Shown here one piece after another: positions 10,382-20,988 of a DNA stretch of 34,784 nucleotides; positions within the stretch are counted from its first letter, which is position 1, and each line of letters starts with the position of its first letter. The stretch is from Rickettsiales bacterium (GTDB taxonomy: Bacteria; Pseudomonadota; Alphaproteobacteria; Rickettsiales; UBA3002). Below the pieces are notes generated by a model. It was not told the origin of the DNA. It was given only the letters and a program-made list of their open reading frames with translations, and did not search any database. The DNA is taken from the NCBI GenBank assembly GCA_044239745.1, contig JBIIAV010000004.1:1-34784 (forward strand), in the 5' to 3' direction. The translations under genes and the position numbers were made by a program.

Positions 10382-11682
10382 CGCTCGCGCAGCATTTTCA
10401 CGCCGCGTTTGCATCCTTCGGGCCCTTTTCTCCATCTCCTGTTTTTGCGGTCGCGCTCTCCGGCGGGGCGGACAGCATGGCCCTCACCGTGCTGATGCAG
10501 CAATGGGTGCAGACGCATGGCGGATCGCTCGTGGCGCTCACGGTCGATCATCGCTTGCGGCCGGAATCAACGGATGAGGCCGCACAGGTCGCGCGGTGGA
10601 TGGCTGCACGCGGCATTGCCCATCACACCCTGACACCGCCGCACGATGTGGCCTCGAACAACCTGCAAGAGGCCGCGCGCACATGGCGCTACGATGCGCT
10701 GGCGGCATTCTGCACCACCCATGGCATCCTCGATTGCGTGGTGGCGCACCATGCCGGCGATAACCGCGAAACGGCAGTGTTGCAGGCAGCGCGTGGCGAC
10801 ACGGCCGATGGTGGCGCGGGCATGCGCGCGGTGCGCAACTATCGTGGCGTTCGGTTCTTGCGGCCGCTACTCACCGTCGAACGTGCGGCGCTCGAAGAGC
10901 TGTTGCGCGCCGAGCATATCGCGTGGATCGACGACCTCTCCAACCGCGACCCGCGGTTCGCCCGCGTGCGCAGCCGCACATCGCTGGCGGGCGACGATGC
11001 CCTGCGTCGTACGCTCGACGCATCGCTTGCGCAGGAAGCGGCGGAACGCGCCGCGCGCGATGCCACGCTTGCCGCAGCGGCGATGCGCCTTGTCACGTTT
11101 CATCCGCTTGGGTTCGCCGAATTCTCGGCCGCGGCGTGGCGGGCGCTGGAGCCAAGGCTTGCCAGCCAGTTACTGGCCGATTGCCTGACCACCATCGGCG
11201 GGCAGGAGCATCGCCCGCGAGCGGCAGATACCGCCCGACTGTCGGCTGCACTGGCGGCGCCGATGCGCAAACAGACACTGCATCGCTGCGAGATCACCCT
11301 GCGCGGCGACCGCGTGCGCATCGCCCGTGAAGCGGCACGCGTGGCACCGCCCCTCACCCTCAGCGGCGACGGCCAGCATGTGTGGGATGGCCGGTTTCGC
11401 GTGCGCACCGCATTGCCCGCCGGCGAGAGCTGGACGCTTGGCGCCCTTGGCACCGCTGGAAGGAGCCAGCTGCGCCAAGCGGCGCCGGCGCTTGCCGACC
11501 TGCCGGTTTCGACACCGGTGCTGCGTGGGCTTGATGAACGGCTCATCGTACCCCATATAGAAGCACAGCACCTCGCGATGCCCAATGTCAGGATCGGCTT
11601 TGCCCCGCCAAAACCGCTTGCCGCTGCGCCGTTTTGGTGGTTGAAGGATAGTCCCGATACGGACGGTAACGAACGCAGGTAG
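10372..11682 (+). CDS. tilS: tRNA(Ile)-lysidine synthase
   Basis: PP-loop SGGADS, VDHRLR, AAR..RY, HHAGD.RET, RPLL, D.SN; upstream of ftsH. Confidence 0.95.
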   Translation: MPVTLAQHFHAAFASFGPFSPSPVFAVALSGGADSMALTVLMQQWVQTHGGSLVALTVDHRLRPESTDEAAQVARWMAARGIAHHTLTPPHDVASNNLQEAARTWRYDALAAFCTTHGILDCVVAHHAGDNRETAVLQAARGDTADGGAGMRAVRNYRGVRFLRPLLTVERAALEELLRAEHIAWIDDLSNRDPRFARVRSRTSLAGDDALRRTLDASLAQEAAERAARDATLAAAAMRLVTFHPLGFAEFSAAAWRALEPRLASQLLADCLTTIGGQEHRPRAADTARLSAALAAPMRKQTLHRCEITLRGDRVRIAREAARVAPPLTLSGDGQHVWDGRFRVRTALPAGESWTLGALGTAGRSQLRQAAPALADLPVSTPVLRGLDERLIVPHIEAQHLAMPNVRIGFAPPKPLAAAPFWWLKDSPDTDGNERR

Positions 11683-11692
11683 CAGAGGTCGT

Positions 11693-13618
11693 ATGTCACC
11701 CATCACAAAGAACATCATGCTCTGGGCAGGTATCATGCTTGCCGTGTTGCTGTTGATCAACGTGACCCAAGGCGGGCTGAACAACGAAGGTGGCGCCGAT
11801 ACGCCGCGCCTTGCCTATTCCGATTTTCTCAATAAGGTCGAAAGCGGTGAAGTGCGCGATGTCGTCATCCGTAGCAGCAACGAATCCGGCACCAAGATCC
11901 AAGGCCATTTCACCAGTGGCGAGGCCTTCTCGCTGCAAGCCGTCACCGACCCCAAGCTGGTCGAGACGTTGCGTGCACACAACGTCAAGCTCGCGGCGGC
12001 TGCGCCCTCTTCGGGCATGGATTCCTTCTGGGGCGTTTTCCTGTCGTCGTGGCTGCCCTTCTTGGTACTAATCGGGGTCTATATTTTCTTCATGCGCCAG
12101 ATGCAATCGGGCAAGGGCGGCGGCGGTGGCGCGATGGGCTTTGGCAAATCGCGCGCGAAGCTGCTCAACGAGAATACCGAGCGCAAGACCTTCGAGGATG
12201 TCGCCGGCATCGATGAGGCGAAAGAGGAACTTCAAGAGATCGTCGAGTTCCTGAAGAACCCTCAGAAATTCCAGAAACTCGGCGGGAAAATCCCGCGCGG
12301 CTGCTTGCTGGTCGGCCCTCCGGGAACCGGTAAAACGCTGCTCGCGCGCGCCATTGCTGGTGAGGCCGGTGTGCCGTTCTTCAGCATCTCCGGTTCGGAT
12401 TTCGTCGAGATGTTCGTCGGTGTCGGTGCATCCCGCGTGCGCGATATGTTCGAGCAAGGCAAGAAGAATGCGCCGTGCATCATTTTCATCGACGAGATCG
12501 ATGCTGTCGGCCGCCATCGCGGTGCGGGCATCGGCGGCGGCAACGACGAGCGCGAACAGACCCTCAACCAGTTACTGGTGGAGATGGACGGGTTCGAGGC
12601 CAACGAGGGTGTCATCCTCATCGCCGCCACCAACCGGCCGGACGTGCTGGATTCCGCGCTGCTGCGCCCCGGCCGTTTCGATCGCCAAATTGTGGTGCCC
12701 AATCCCGATATCGAGGGCCGCACAAAAATCCTCAACGTGCATCTGAAGAAAGTGCCAATGGCACCGGATGTCGATGCCCGCATCCTTGCGCGCGGCACCC
12801 CCGGATTCTCCGGTGCGGATCTGGCGAACCTTGTCAACGAAGCGGCGCTGCTGGCGGCGCGTTACGATAAGAAGGTCGTCACCATGCGCGAGCTTGAAGC
12901 CGCGAAAGACAAGGTGATGATGGGTGTCGAGCGCAAATCGATGGTGATGAGCGAGGAAGAGAAAAAGATGACCGCCTACCACGAGGCGGGGCATGCGGTG
13001 GTCTCGGTGCATTGTCCGGCGAGCGACCCCATCCACAAGGCGACCATCATTCCGCGTGGGCGCGCGCTGGGCATGGTGATGCGCCTGCCGGAGGCCGACA
13101 AGATATCCTACCTGCGCAACAAGATGCTCGCCGATCTAGCCGTGAGCATGGGCGGCCGCGCGGCCGAGGAAATCATCTTCGGGCATGAGAAAGTATCGAG
13201 CGGCGCGAGTTCCGATATTCAATACGCCACCCGCCTTGCCAACGCCATGGTGACGCAATGGGGCATGAGCGAGAGCTTGGGGCCGATTTTATTCGCCGCG
13301 ACCGAAGATAACACCGCGCCGATGATCCGTTCGCCCGAAGCCATCGCCAAGGTGGATGAGGAGATCAAACGCATCGTCAACGACGCGCATAAGGAAGCCA
13401 CCCGCATCCTGACCACGCATCGCGACCAGTTGGAAAGCGTGGCGCAGGCACTGATCGAATACGAAACGCTGACAGGCGAGGAGATCGGCCAGATCATGCG
13501 TGGTGAGGCCATCGCCCGCCCCGACCCTGCCGCCGCGCCAGTAAAACCGGTGCGCAGCAAACTGCCCACGAGCAAGAAACCGACCGAAGAAAGCGGTGAT
13601 AGCAGCACAGTACATTAA
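11693..13618 (+). CDS. ftsH: ATP-dependent zinc metalloprotease FtsH
   Basis: Two TMs, [38 protein letters not shown]. Confidence 0.99.
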   Translation: MSPITKNIMLWAGIMLAVLLLINVTQGGLNNEGGADTPRLAYSDFLNKVESGEVRDVVIRSSNESGTKIQGHFTSGEAFSLQAVTDPKLVETLRAHNVKLAAAAPSSGMDSFWGVFLSSWLPFLVLIGVYIFFMRQMQSGKGGGGGAMGFGKSRAKLLNENTERKTFEDVAGIDEAKEELQEIVEFLKNPQKFQKLGGKIPRGCLLVGPPGTGKTLLARAIAGEAGVPFFSISGSDFVEMFVGVGASRVRDMFEQGKKNAPCIIFIDEIDAVGRHRGAGIGGGNDEREQTLNQLLVEMDGFEANEGVILIAATNRPDVLDSALLRPGRFDRQIVVPNPDIEGRTKILNVHLKKVPMAPDVDARILARGTPGFSGADLANLVNEAALLAARYDKKVVTMRELEAAKDKVMMGVERKSMVMSEEEKKMTAYHEAGHAVVSVHCPASDPIHKATIIPRGRALGMVMRLPEADKISYLRNKMLADLAVSMGGRAAEEIIFGHEKVSSGASSDIQYATRLANAMVTQWGMSESLGPILFAATEDNTAPMIRSPEAIAKVDEEIKRIVNDAHKEATRILTTHRDQLESVAQALIEYETLTGEEIGQIMRGEAIARPDPAAAPVKPVRSKLPTSKKPTEESGDSSTVH

Positions 13619-13650
13619 CGCTGTTTCACGAAATCTTTCGATTCATTTCA

Positions 13651-13679
13651 TTGCAGCGCCCAGCGCTTCGCGCTAAAAC
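13651..13679 (+). promoter_or_regulatory. putative sigma70 promoter for glmM
   Basis: TTGCAG-N17-TAAAAC, with GC immediately before the -10 as in alphaproteobacterial promoters. Confidence 0.5.
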
Positions 13680-13697
13680 CACTGGCACGGCATCCGA

Positions 13698-13817
13698 AAA
13701 CTCAGTTATGCGAGATGAGTGCTAGGAGTCGCCGCGCGCAGGGAGGGAGTGTACTGTTTCGTACATGACTGACCGAGCACGAAAGACGACGCCGCAATCA
13801 CTCGCAGCACTGAGTTT
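13698..13817. repeat. RPE-1-like (Rickettsia palindromic element) 120-bp palindrome
   Basis: Terminal IR AAACTCAGT/ACTGAGTTT, inner TGCGAG/CTCGCA and GTCG/CGAC, central TGTAC-N6-GTACA hairpin; core resembles RPE-1 as recalled from memory. Confidence 0.7.
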
Positions 13818-15170
13818 ATGAGCACACGCAAATATTTCGGCACGGACGGCATTCGCGGCACGGCGAATCGATTCCCGATGACGGCGGATATCGCCCAGCG
13901 CCTCGGCATGGCGGCGGGGCATTATTTCACCAAAGGCGGGCACCGCCACCGCGTGGTGATCGCGAAGGATACGCGGCTTTCCGGCTACATGATCGAGAAC
14001 GCGCTCACCAGCGGTTTCCTTGCCATGGGCATGGACGTGCTGCTGGTCGGCCCGATGCCGACACCGGCGGTGGCCTTCCTCACCCGCGCCATGCGCGCCG
14101 ACCTTGGCGTGATGATCTCCGCCTCGCACAACCTGTTCGAGGATAACGGCCTCAAGCTCTTCGGGCCGGACGGGTTCAAACTCTCCGACGCGGTCGAGCT
14201 TGAGATCGAATCGCACATGGACGACGACATGAGCGCGCTGTATGCCGCACCCGAAAAGGTCGGCCGCGCCAAACGCCTCGACGACGCCCCCGGCCGCTAT
14301 ATCGAGTTCGTCAAATCCACCTTCCCGAAACAATTGCGGCTTGATGGCCTCAAGATCGTCATCGATTGCGCCAACGGTGCGGGTTACCAAGTGGGGCCGA
14401 TTATTCTGTGGGAATTGGGTGCGGAAGTGGTGCCGATCCATATCTCGCCCAACGGCTTCAACATCAACAAGGAATGCGGCAGCACCCACCCCGAGTCGCT
14501 GTGCGAAGCGGTGCTGCGCGAAGGGGCGCAGCTTGGCATCGCGCTTGATGGCGACGCCGACCGCATCACCGTGGTCGATGAAAAGGGCGCGGTGAAGGAC
14601 GGCGACCAGCTGATGGCGATGATCGCCGATTATGCCCACCGCCATGGCTTGCTAAAAGGCGGCGGTATCGCGGCCACCCTGATGAGCAACCTTGGGCTTG
14701 AGCGCTTCCTGAAAGGGCGCGGCATCGGCCTGCATCGCACCAAGGTGGGCGACCGCTACGTGATGGAAGCGATGAAGGCGCAAGGCCTCAACATCGGCGG
14801 CGAACAATCCGGCCATCTCATTTTGGGCGATTACTCCACCACCGGCGATGCGCTGATCGCGGGCCTGCAGATCCTCGCCGCACTGATGGAGGATGGCCGC
14901 CCCGCAAGCCAAGCGATGCGGATGTTCGAGCCGGTGCCGCAAGTGCTGAAAAATGTGCGCTTCGCGAATGGTAGCCCACTCGCGCGTGACGATGTGAAAA
15001 CGCAGATCGCCGCGATCGAGAAACGCCTCGGCAGTGACGGCCGCATCGTCGTGCGGCCATCGGGTACGGAGCCACTGATCCGCATCATGATCGAAGGCGA
15101 ACAGATGGCCGACATCACGAAGATGGCGGATGAACTGGCCGCGCTGATGACACAAAAGGCCGCGGCCTGA
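13818..15170 (+). CDS. glmM: phosphoglucosamine mutase
   Basis: [35 protein letters not shown]. Confidence 0.98.
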   Translation: MSTRKYFGTDGIRGTANRFPMTADIAQRLGMAAGHYFTKGGHRHRVVIAKDTRLSGYMIENALTSGFLAMGMDVLLVGPMPTPAVAFLTRAMRADLGVMISASHNLFEDNGLKLFGPDGFKLSDAVELEIESHMDDDMSALYAAPEKVGRAKRLDDAPGRYIEFVKSTFPKQLRLDGLKIVIDCANGAGYQVGPIILWELGAEVVPIHISPNGFNINKECGSTHPESLCEAVLREGAQLGIALDGDADRITVVDEKGAVKDGDQLMAMIADYAHRHGLLKGGGIAATLMSNLGLERFLKGRGIGLHRTKVGDRYVMEAMKAQGLNIGGEQSGHLILGDYSTTGDALIAGLQILAALMEDGRPASQAMRMFEPVPQVLKNVRFANGSPLARDDVKTQIAAIEKRLGSDGRIVVRPSGTEPLIRIMIEGEQMADITKMADELAALMTQKAAA

Positions 15171-15184
15171 CCGAAGGATAGCCC

Positions 15185-15952
15185 ATGCACGGCCGCGTAC
15201 TCATCATTGCGGGTTCGGATTCCGGCGGCGGTGCCGGCATCCAAGGCGACATTAAAACCGTAAGCGCCCTTGGCGGCTATGCCATGACCGCCATCACCGC
15301 GCTGACGGCGCAGAACACGCAAGGGGTGTTCGGCATTCACCCCATCCCCGAGGATTTCATCGCCCAGCAGATCGATCTGTGCCTGAGCGATATCGGTGCC
15401 GACGCCATCAAGACCGGCATGCTGCATTCGGCGGCGGTGATTGAAACCGTCGCGGCGCATGTGCCCGCTTTAATCCCGCTTGTGGTCGATCCGGTCATGG
15501 TCGCCAAGGGCGGTTCCCCGCTGCTTGAGGCCGCCGCGCTCGATGCCCTTAGAACCCTGCTCATCCCCCGCGCCACACTCATCACCCCCAATTTGCCGGA
15601 GGCAGAGCTGCTGCTTGGCCGCCCCATCGCAGCCGATGGTATGGCCGAAGCCGCCCAAGCACTGCTGGCACTTGGCGCGCAGGCGGTGCTGCTCAAAGGC
15701 GGCCATGGCGAAGGGGCGATGCTCACCGATATACTGGCCACGGCCGATCGCGCCCCCCTAACCCTTAGCACGCCACGCATCGATACCCGCCACACCCATG
15801 GCACCGGCTGCGCCTTTGCCTCGGCCATCGCCACGGGGCTCGCTCAAAAGCTGTCACTGGAAGATTCGGTGCGCCGTGCCCATGCCTATGTGCAAGGAGC
15901 CATCGCCCGCGCCCCCGGCTTCGGCCACGGCCACGGCCCGCTGGGGCATTAG
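15185..15952 (+). CDS. thiD: hydroxymethylpyrimidine/phosphomethylpyrimidine kinase
   Basis: IAGSDSGGGAGIQGD, TAQNT, DPVM, TPNLPE, KGGH, HGTGC. Confidence 0.97.
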   Translation: MHGRVLIIAGSDSGGGAGIQGDIKTVSALGGYAMTAITALTAQNTQGVFGIHPIPEDFIAQQIDLCLSDIGADAIKTGMLHSAAVIETVAAHVPALIPLVVDPVMVAKGGSPLLEAAALDALRTLLIPRATLITPNLPEAELLLGRPIAADGMAEAAQALLALGAQAVLLKGGHGEGAMLTDILATADRAPLTLSTPRIDTRHTHGTGCAFASAIATGLAQKLSLEDSVRRAHAYVQGAIARAPGFGHGHGPLGH

Positions 15953-15977
15953 TTCTTTAGTGCTTTCGCGCGCGGAT

Positions 15978-16137
15978 GGGGGTATCACCCCCAAACCCCC
16001 TCCCTCGCGGGCTCGCGCCGTAAAGCGCTACGTACGGATCATCACAAATGCCTGAGTAGGTGGTGCGTAGCCTTCCATGGCGAGCCGCGAAGCGTAGGGG
16101 GTAAGCGCTCTTTTGGCGCGTAGGGGGTGATACCCCC
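15978..16137. repeat. intergenic palindromic repeat, copy B (most complete)
   Basis: Bounded by a perfect 15-bp inverted pair GGGGGTATCACCCCC (15978-15992) / GGGGGTGATACCCCC (16123-16137); contains two inverted REP-like units. Confidence 0.8.
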
Positions 16138-16149
16138 TTCAATTCATGC

Positions 16150-16178
16150 TTGCCATTTGGCAAGCGAGGGTTTATTAA
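16150..16178 (+). promoter_or_regulatory. putative sigma70 promoter for rpmE
   Basis: TTGCCA-N17-TATTAA. Confidence 0.55.
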
Positions 16179-16233
16179 CCCGCCCCTAATCAACGTTTCG
16201 CTGCAAAATCGGCGGGACACTATGGAGACGATC

Positions 16234-16500
16234 ATGGCAAAAGCAGGCATTCACCCCGACTACCACACCATCACCGTTGTGATGACGGATGGCTCGCGTT
16301 ACGAGACGCGCTCGACCTACGGCAAAGAGGGCGATGTACTGACCCTTGACGTGGATCCCAAGACCCACCCTGCTTGGGTCGGTGGCGTGAACCTGCGTAA
16401 GACCGGTCGTCTGGAGAGCTTCAACAACCGCTTCGGTGGCATTGCCTCGGTGAATAAAGCACCGAACGCTGAGGCCTCGGAAGCCGAGAAGAAAAACTAG
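16234..16500 (+). CDS. rpmE: 50S ribosomal protein L31
   Basis: [11 protein letters not shown]...TRST...[11 protein letters not shown]; GGAG RBS before ATG 16234; Cys-free alphaproteobacterial type. Confidence 0.96.
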   Translation: MAKAGIHPDYHTITVVMTDGSRYETRSTYGKEGDVLTLDVDPKTHPAWVGGVNLRKTGRLESFNNRFGGIASVNKAPNAEASEAEKKN

Positions 16501-16510
16501 TCTATTGTTA

Positions 16511-16546
16511 GCGCTTCGCGGCTCGCGCCGTAAAGCGCTACGCACG
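16511..16546. repeat. single REP-like unit, copy C
   Basis: GCGCTTCGCGGCTCGCGCCGTAAAGCGCTACGCACG; near-identical to 16005-16036 and to the reverse complement of 1607-1637. Confidence 0.8.
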
Positions 16547-16556
16547 ATGAATACCG

Positions 16557-16590
16557 AACGCCCCGAAAGCAATTTCGGGGCGTTTTTCGT
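16557..16590 (+). terminator. intrinsic terminator between convergent rpmE and DUF1192
   Basis: AACGCCCCGAAA-GCAA-TTTCGGGGCGTT followed by TTT. Confidence 0.88.
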
Positions 16591-16599
16591 TGGCTGCAG

Positions 16600-16788
16600 C
16601 TAGGATTTGAACAGGCTTTCGGCCGCCGACTTCACCTTGCCGCGCGTTTCGATCTCGGCATCGATTTTGGCGATCTCGGCCACCAGCTCCGCCCGATACT
16701 CGCGCATATGTTCGACCGACATGCCGACCAGCGGGCGGGGAAATGGCTGCGGCTGCTTGTGTTTTGGCAATTCGTCATCGAACATCAT
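16600..16788 (-). CDS. DUF1192 family small coiled-coil protein
   Basis: 62 aa MMFDDE...MSVEHMREYRAELVAEIAKI...SAAESLFKS; GGAG RBS; usual neighbour of rpmE and the quinone oxidoreductase. Confidence 0.88.
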   Translation of the reverse strand: MMFDDELPKHKQPQPFPRPLVGMSVEHMREYRAELVAEIAKIDAEIETRGKVKSAAESLFKS

Positions 16789-16849
16789 GGCTCCCTCGCA
16801 TACGCTGTTTTCATTGACTTCGCGCAAAAACAGTCGGAAATCAATGTCT

Positions 16850-17845
16850 ATGTCCAACCCCGCCACCATGCAGGCACTGACCATCGACGGCAACCGGCTG
16901 CGCGCCACCACCTTGCCCGTGCCCAGCATCGCGCCGGACGAGGTATTGATCCGTGTGGCCTATGTCGGCGTCAACCGTGCGGATGCCATGCAACTGGCCG
17001 GCACCTATGCCCCGCCGCAAGGGGCATCGCCCCTGCTTGGGCTTGAGGTCTCCGGCTGGGTGGCGGCACTGGGCGCGAAGGTTCAGGGTTTCGCCGTTGG
17101 CCAAGAAGTCTGCGCGCTGCTTAGCGGCGGCGGCTACGCCGCATATGTCGCCGCACCCGCCACACAGATATTACCGCTGCCGCACGGTACCGACCTGCGC
17201 ACTGCCGCCGCATTGCCCGAGGCCGCGGCCACCAGCATCATGGCGCTGATCGCCGAGGGCGCCCTTAAGGCCGGCGAACGGGTGCTGCTGCATGGCGGCA
17301 CCTCCGGCGTGGGGCTGCTGATGGGGCAGATTGCCATGCGTTACGGGGCGACGGTGTTCGCCACCGTTGGCAGTGCCGAGAAGGCTGAATTCGTGAAGCA
17401 ACGGGGCATGCACCCGCTGCGTTACCGAGAGCGTCCCTTCCATGAGGCGCTGATGGAGGCGACGGCGAACGAAGGCGTCGATCTCGTCATCGATACGCTC
17501 GGCGCGCCGCAATTGGCCAACCATCTGCGGGTGCTGCGCAAAGGCGGTCGGATGGTGACGCTCGCCATGCTCGAAGGCAGCACCATTGCCGCCGATACCA
17601 AAATGACCCGACTGATGATGAACCACCTGCGCTGGAGCGGCGCAACGCTGCGTAGCCGCAGCGCGGCGGAGAAGGCGGATTACATGCGCATCGTCGCCGA
17701 ACGGGTCTGGCCGGCAGTGGCCGATGGCACCATTACGCCGGTGGTGGATAGCGTTTTTCCCTTGGCCGAGGCAGAAAAAGCGCTCGCACGCATGCAAGAA
17801 CGCTTGCATATGGGCAAGATTCTATTAGAAGTGACGCCCGAATAA
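16850..17845 (+). CDS. NAD(P)H-quinone oxidoreductase (MDR/PIG3 family)
   Basis: GVNRAD...G.Y, LGLEVSG, GGGYA, LLHGGTSGVG, HMGKILL; start uncertain (16844, 16850 or 16868). Confidence 0.92.
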   Translation: MSNPATMQALTIDGNRLRATTLPVPSIAPDEVLIRVAYVGVNRADAMQLAGTYAPPQGASPLLGLEVSGWVAALGAKVQGFAVGQEVCALLSGGGYAAYVAAPATQILPLPHGTDLRTAAALPEAAATSIMALIAEGALKAGERVLLHGGTSGVGLLMGQIAMRYGATVFATVGSAEKAEFVKQRGMHPLRYRERPFHEALMEATANEGVDLVIDTLGAPQLANHLRVLRKGGRMVTLAMLEGSTIAADTKMTRLMMNHLRWSGATLRSRSAAEKADYMRIVAERVWPAVADGTITPVVDSVFPLAEAEKALARMQERLHMGKILLEVTPE

Positions 17846-17869
17846 GTAATGTTTCGCTAGGAGTAGATC

Positions 17870-18457
17870 ATGGCCATGCCACTCATGCCCAAAGCCACCG
17901 CCGTGTGGCTTGTCGAGAATACCACACTCACCTTCGAGCAGATCGGTGATTTCTGCGGCATGCACCCACTGGAGATCCAAGGCATCGCCGACGGCGACGT
18001 TGCGACCGGTATCATGGGGCAGAACCCGATCGAAGCCGGTGAGCTGGCCTCCGACGAGATCGCCAAGGCCGAGAAGGACGAAGACTACCGCATGGTCATG
18101 TCGTCGCACGCCATCGCCCACATGAAAATGGCGAAAACGAAAAAGAAAGGCGCGCGCTACACCCCCGTCGCCCGCCGTCAGGATAAACCGGAGGCGATCG
18201 CCTTCATCCTCAAGAACCACCCCTACATCCCCGATTCGCAGATCATCAAGCTCATCGGTACGACCAAGAAGACCATCGAGTCGATCAAGGAACGCACGCA
18301 CTGGAACATCGCGAACATCAAGCCGAAGGATCCGGTATTGCTCGGCCTGTGCATGCAGACCCACCTCGATGCCATCGCCAGCAAGTTCCGCCCTGCCGGT
18401 GCCGCACCCGTGACGGACGGCGACTCCGATTCCGACTCCGATAGCTCCGCCGCTTAG
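17870..18457 (+). CDS. trcR: DUF1013 family protein (TrcR cell-cycle regulator)
   Basis: PLMPKATAVWLVENTTLTFEQI, YTPVARRQDKP, IGTTK.TI, HWN..NIKP.DPV.LGLC; AGGAG RBS. Confidence 0.92.
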   Translation: MAMPLMPKATAVWLVENTTLTFEQIGDFCGMHPLEIQGIADGDVATGIMGQNPIEAGELASDEIAKAEKDEDYRMVMSSHAIAHMKMAKTKKKGARYTPVARRQDKPEAIAFILKNHPYIPDSQIIKLIGTTKKTIESIKERTHWNIANIKPKDPVLLGLCMQTHLDAIASKFRPAGAAPVTDGDSDSDSDSSAA

Positions 18458-18463
18458 TTCGTC

Positions 18464-19930
18464 ATGAGCGCCGCGCACGAGCTCAACCGCATCCTCGACC
18501 GCCTCGGCTCCGTCAATCTGCTGTGCGTCGGCGATGTGATGCTCGACCGCTTCATCTACGGCCGCGTCGAACGCATCTCGCCGGAAGCACCGATCCCCAT
18601 CTTCTCGGCCGAGCGCGAAGAACGCATGCTCGGCGGTGTCGGCAACGTGGTGCGCAACCTGCTATCGCTGGGCACTTCGGCATCGTTCGCATCCGTCGTC
18701 GGCGACGACCCGGTGGCAACACAGCTCACCGCGCTGGTGGGTGTCGAGAAACGCTTGGTGCCCTACCTCATCAGCGAGCGCGGGCGCATCAGCACCAAGA
18801 AAACGCGCTTCGTGGCGGCCAGCCAGCAAATCTTGCGCACCGACCACGAGACCAAAGGCGCCATCAAGGACGATACTGCGAATAAAATCCTCGAACTGGT
18901 ACTGCCGGAACTGGCCCACCACGACGCGCTGATCCTCTCCGATTACGGCAAGGGCGTGCTGACGGCGCCCATTTGCCGCGCCCTAATCGAGGCGGCGCGC
19001 GCCAAGAACATTCCTATCTTCGTCGACCCGAAACAACGCGACGTGTCGCTGTATGCCGGTGCGACGGTGCTGAGCCCCAACCTGAAGGAACTGGCGCTTG
19101 CCAGCGGGGTGGACGGATTCGCCGACGACGCGGCCATCATCGCCGCGGCACAAAAGCTCGTGCTCGCCCACGGCTTCCAATACGTGCTGACCACGCGCGG
19201 CGAGCATGGCATGACGCTGGTCGACGCGCAAGGCCTCGTCGTCCATATCGATTCGGCAGCGAGCCAAGTGTTCGACGTATCCGGCGCTGGTGATACCGTC
19301 ATCGCCACCTTGGCCGCGACCTATGCCGCGGGCGCACCCATGCCGCTAGCGACCGAACTGGCCAACCTTGCCGGCGGGGTGGTGGTCGGCAGGCTCGGCA
19401 CGGCGGTGGTGCACCGCACCGACATTTCGGCCGCGCTTTACACCCACCGCGCCATGGCGCTGCAACAAAAGATCCTCCCCTCCGATACCGCGCAAGCCAT
19501 GGTCACCAACTGGCAGCGCGAAGGGCTCACGGTCGGCTTCACCAACGGTTGCTTCGATATCATGCATGCCGGCCATATCAGCCTGCTGAGCGACGCCAAG
19601 GCGCGCTGCGACAAGCTGGTCGTCGCCCTCAATACCGACGCCTCGGTGCGTGCCTTGAAAGGGCCGACCCGACCCGTGAACGCCGAGATGGACCGCGCAC
19701 AGGTGCTGGCGGCGCTGGGCTGTGTCGATGCGGTAGTACTGTTCGACGAGGAAACCCCCATCGAGCTGTTGAAGCTGCTGCGCCCCGACCTGCTGATGAA
19801 GGGCGCCGACTATACCAAGGAACAGGTCGTCGGCTGGGAGCTGGTCGAGTCGTACGGTGGCCGCGTCGCCCTGCTGCCCTTGAAGGACGGCTACAGCACC
19901 ACCGGCATGATCCAGCGCATTGCCGGATAA
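18464..19930 (+). CDS. hldE: bifunctional heptose-7-P kinase/heptose-1-P adenylyltransferase
   Basis: GDVMLD, RISPEAP, SDYGKG, DVSGAGDTV kinase domain plus TNGCFDIMHAGH and KGADY transferase domain. Confidence 0.96.
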   Translation: MSAAHELNRILDRLGSVNLLCVGDVMLDRFIYGRVERISPEAPIPIFSAEREERMLGGVGNVVRNLLSLGTSASFASVVGDDPVATQLTALVGVEKRLVPYLISERGRISTKKTRFVAASQQILRTDHETKGAIKDDTANKILELVLPELAHHDALILSDYGKGVLTAPICRALIEAARAKNIPIFVDPKQRDVSLYAGATVLSPNLKELALASGVDGFADDAAIIAAAQKLVLAHGFQYVLTTRGEHGMTLVDAQGLVVHIDSAASQVFDVSGAGDTVIATLAATYAAGAPMPLATELANLAGGVVVGRLGTAVVHRTDISAALYTHRAMALQQKILPSDTAQAMVTNWQREGLTVGFTNGCFDIMHAGHISLLSDAKARCDKLVVALNTDASVRALKGPTRPVNAEMDRAQVLAALGCVDAVVLFDEETPIELLKLLRPDLLMKGADYTKEQVVGWELVESYGGRVALLPLKDGYSTTGMIQRIAG

Positions 19931-19985
19931 TTTATTGTTTCCTAAAGATATAGATAACTTTTCTGTGCCCGCCGCGCGCGCGAAA

Positions 19986-20001
19986 GTTAACCATTTCTTA
20001 A
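19986..20001 (-). promoter_or_regulatory. CtrA binding site upstream of the pilin gene
   Basis: GTTAACCATTTCTTAA, i.e. TTAA-N7-TTAAC on the minus strand, the full CtrA consensus. Confidence 0.75.
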
Positions 20002-20160
20002 TGGCGCTGTGCCATACTCCGGATGCGGCCGTTTGTGCCAAAAATGCAGCAGTAGCGTCCCATATGAGGATAGATACCGATGAGCATCCATGAAAGCATT
20101 GACCCTTCGCGCCCAGTAAGGGATTGCTGGACGGATAGAACACTATAGGAGCACTGTATC

Positions 20161-20970
20161 ATGACGAAGCGTAACATGCGTTCCGGCTTTACCCTCGTGG
20201 AATTGGCCATCGTATTGGTCATCATCGGCCTGATCATCGGCGGGGTACTCGTCGGTCAGGATCTCATCAAGGCCGCTACCGTCCGCGCTGCCGTCAGCGA
20301 TATCGAGAAGTTCAATGCCGCTGCCACCACCTTCCGCGGTAAATATAACGGCCTGCCCGGTGACTTGGCCGCTGCACGCGCGGTCGAATTCGCGCTTTCT
20401 GGCTCGGGCGATACCAACGCCACCGGCGCTGCCGGTCTGCGCGACGGTAACGGTATCCTCGAAGGCGGTGCCGGTGGTTCGGTCGCCTTGGGTGGCGAGC
20501 TCTATCTCTTCTGGAAGGATCTGGGCGCGACCGGCCTTATCGGCGGTACCTATCCCGGTGAACCGACCAACGTTCCGTATCCGCAGGCAGCCGTAACGCT
20601 GGCCAACGTCAACACCTACATGCCGCGTACCAAGCTGCGTGACTCGGCGTCGATCATGGCCTACTCGCAGATCGGCCGTAACTTCTACTATATCGGCGCC
20701 ATCACTGCCGCCATCACCACCGGTACTGTGACGACCGCCGGTGCAGTCACCGCGATCGAGGCCAAGAGCATCGACGAGAAGGTGGATGACGGCAACCCGC
20801 GTACCGGCATCGCCCTCTCCTACACCAACTTGACCACGATGACGGCCGTTCCCGGCGCCAACGCCAACACCAACTGTATCACCACCACGTCGTTGTACAA
20901 CGTGACGACCGCAGCCACCGGTGCACCCGACAACACCGTGTGCCAACTGCAGATCCGTACCGCGTTCTAG
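20161..20970 (+). CDS. type IV pilin-like protein (prepilin N-terminal cleavage/methylation domain)
   Basis: Basic leader then G|FTLVELAIVLVIIGLIIGG with E5; two C-terminal Cys; AGGAG RBS. Confidence 0.92.
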   Translation: MTKRNMRSGFTLVELAIVLVIIGLIIGGVLVGQDLIKAATVRAAVSDIEKFNAAATTFRGKYNGLPGDLAAARAVEFALSGSGDTNATGAAGLRDGNGILEGGAGGSVALGGELYLFWKDLGATGLIGGTYPGEPTNVPYPQAAVTLANVNTYMPRTKLRDSASIMAYSQIGRNFYYIGAITAAITTGTVTTAGAVTAIEAKSIDEKVDDGNPRTGIALSYTNLTTMTAVPGANANTNCITTTSLYNVTTAATGAPDNTVCQLQIRTAF

Positions 20971-20988
20971 GCCACTCCCTTTGTTTGT

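Noticed and set aside
13620-13817. glmS ribozyme, 6S RNA, or in-frame RPE fusion to GlmM
   Set aside because: No recognisable glmS ribozyme core; the element is short for 6S and resembles RPE-1. An in-frame TGA at 13770-13772 precludes an N-terminal fusion of the whole element to GlmM.
1588-15460. Numerous 150-300 aa antisense or alternate-frame ORFs over the ruv, tol, ftsH and glmM genes
   Set aside because: Expected by-product of high GC3 codon bias; they overlap well-identified genes.
16175-16189. CtrA-like TTAA-N7-CTAA upstream of rpmE
   Set aside because: One half-site is mismatched and the sequence is explained as the -10 of a sigma70 promoter.
16607-16849. N-terminal extension of the quinone oxidoreductase (412-aa ORF call)
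   Set aside because: It overlaps the DUF1192 gene on the other strand; family similarity starts near MQAL at 16868.
18415-18450. GACTCC/GATTCC hexamer repeats at the end of DUF1013
   Set aside because: They encode a short in-frame acidic DSDSDS tail with synonymous variation; not a phase-variation tract.
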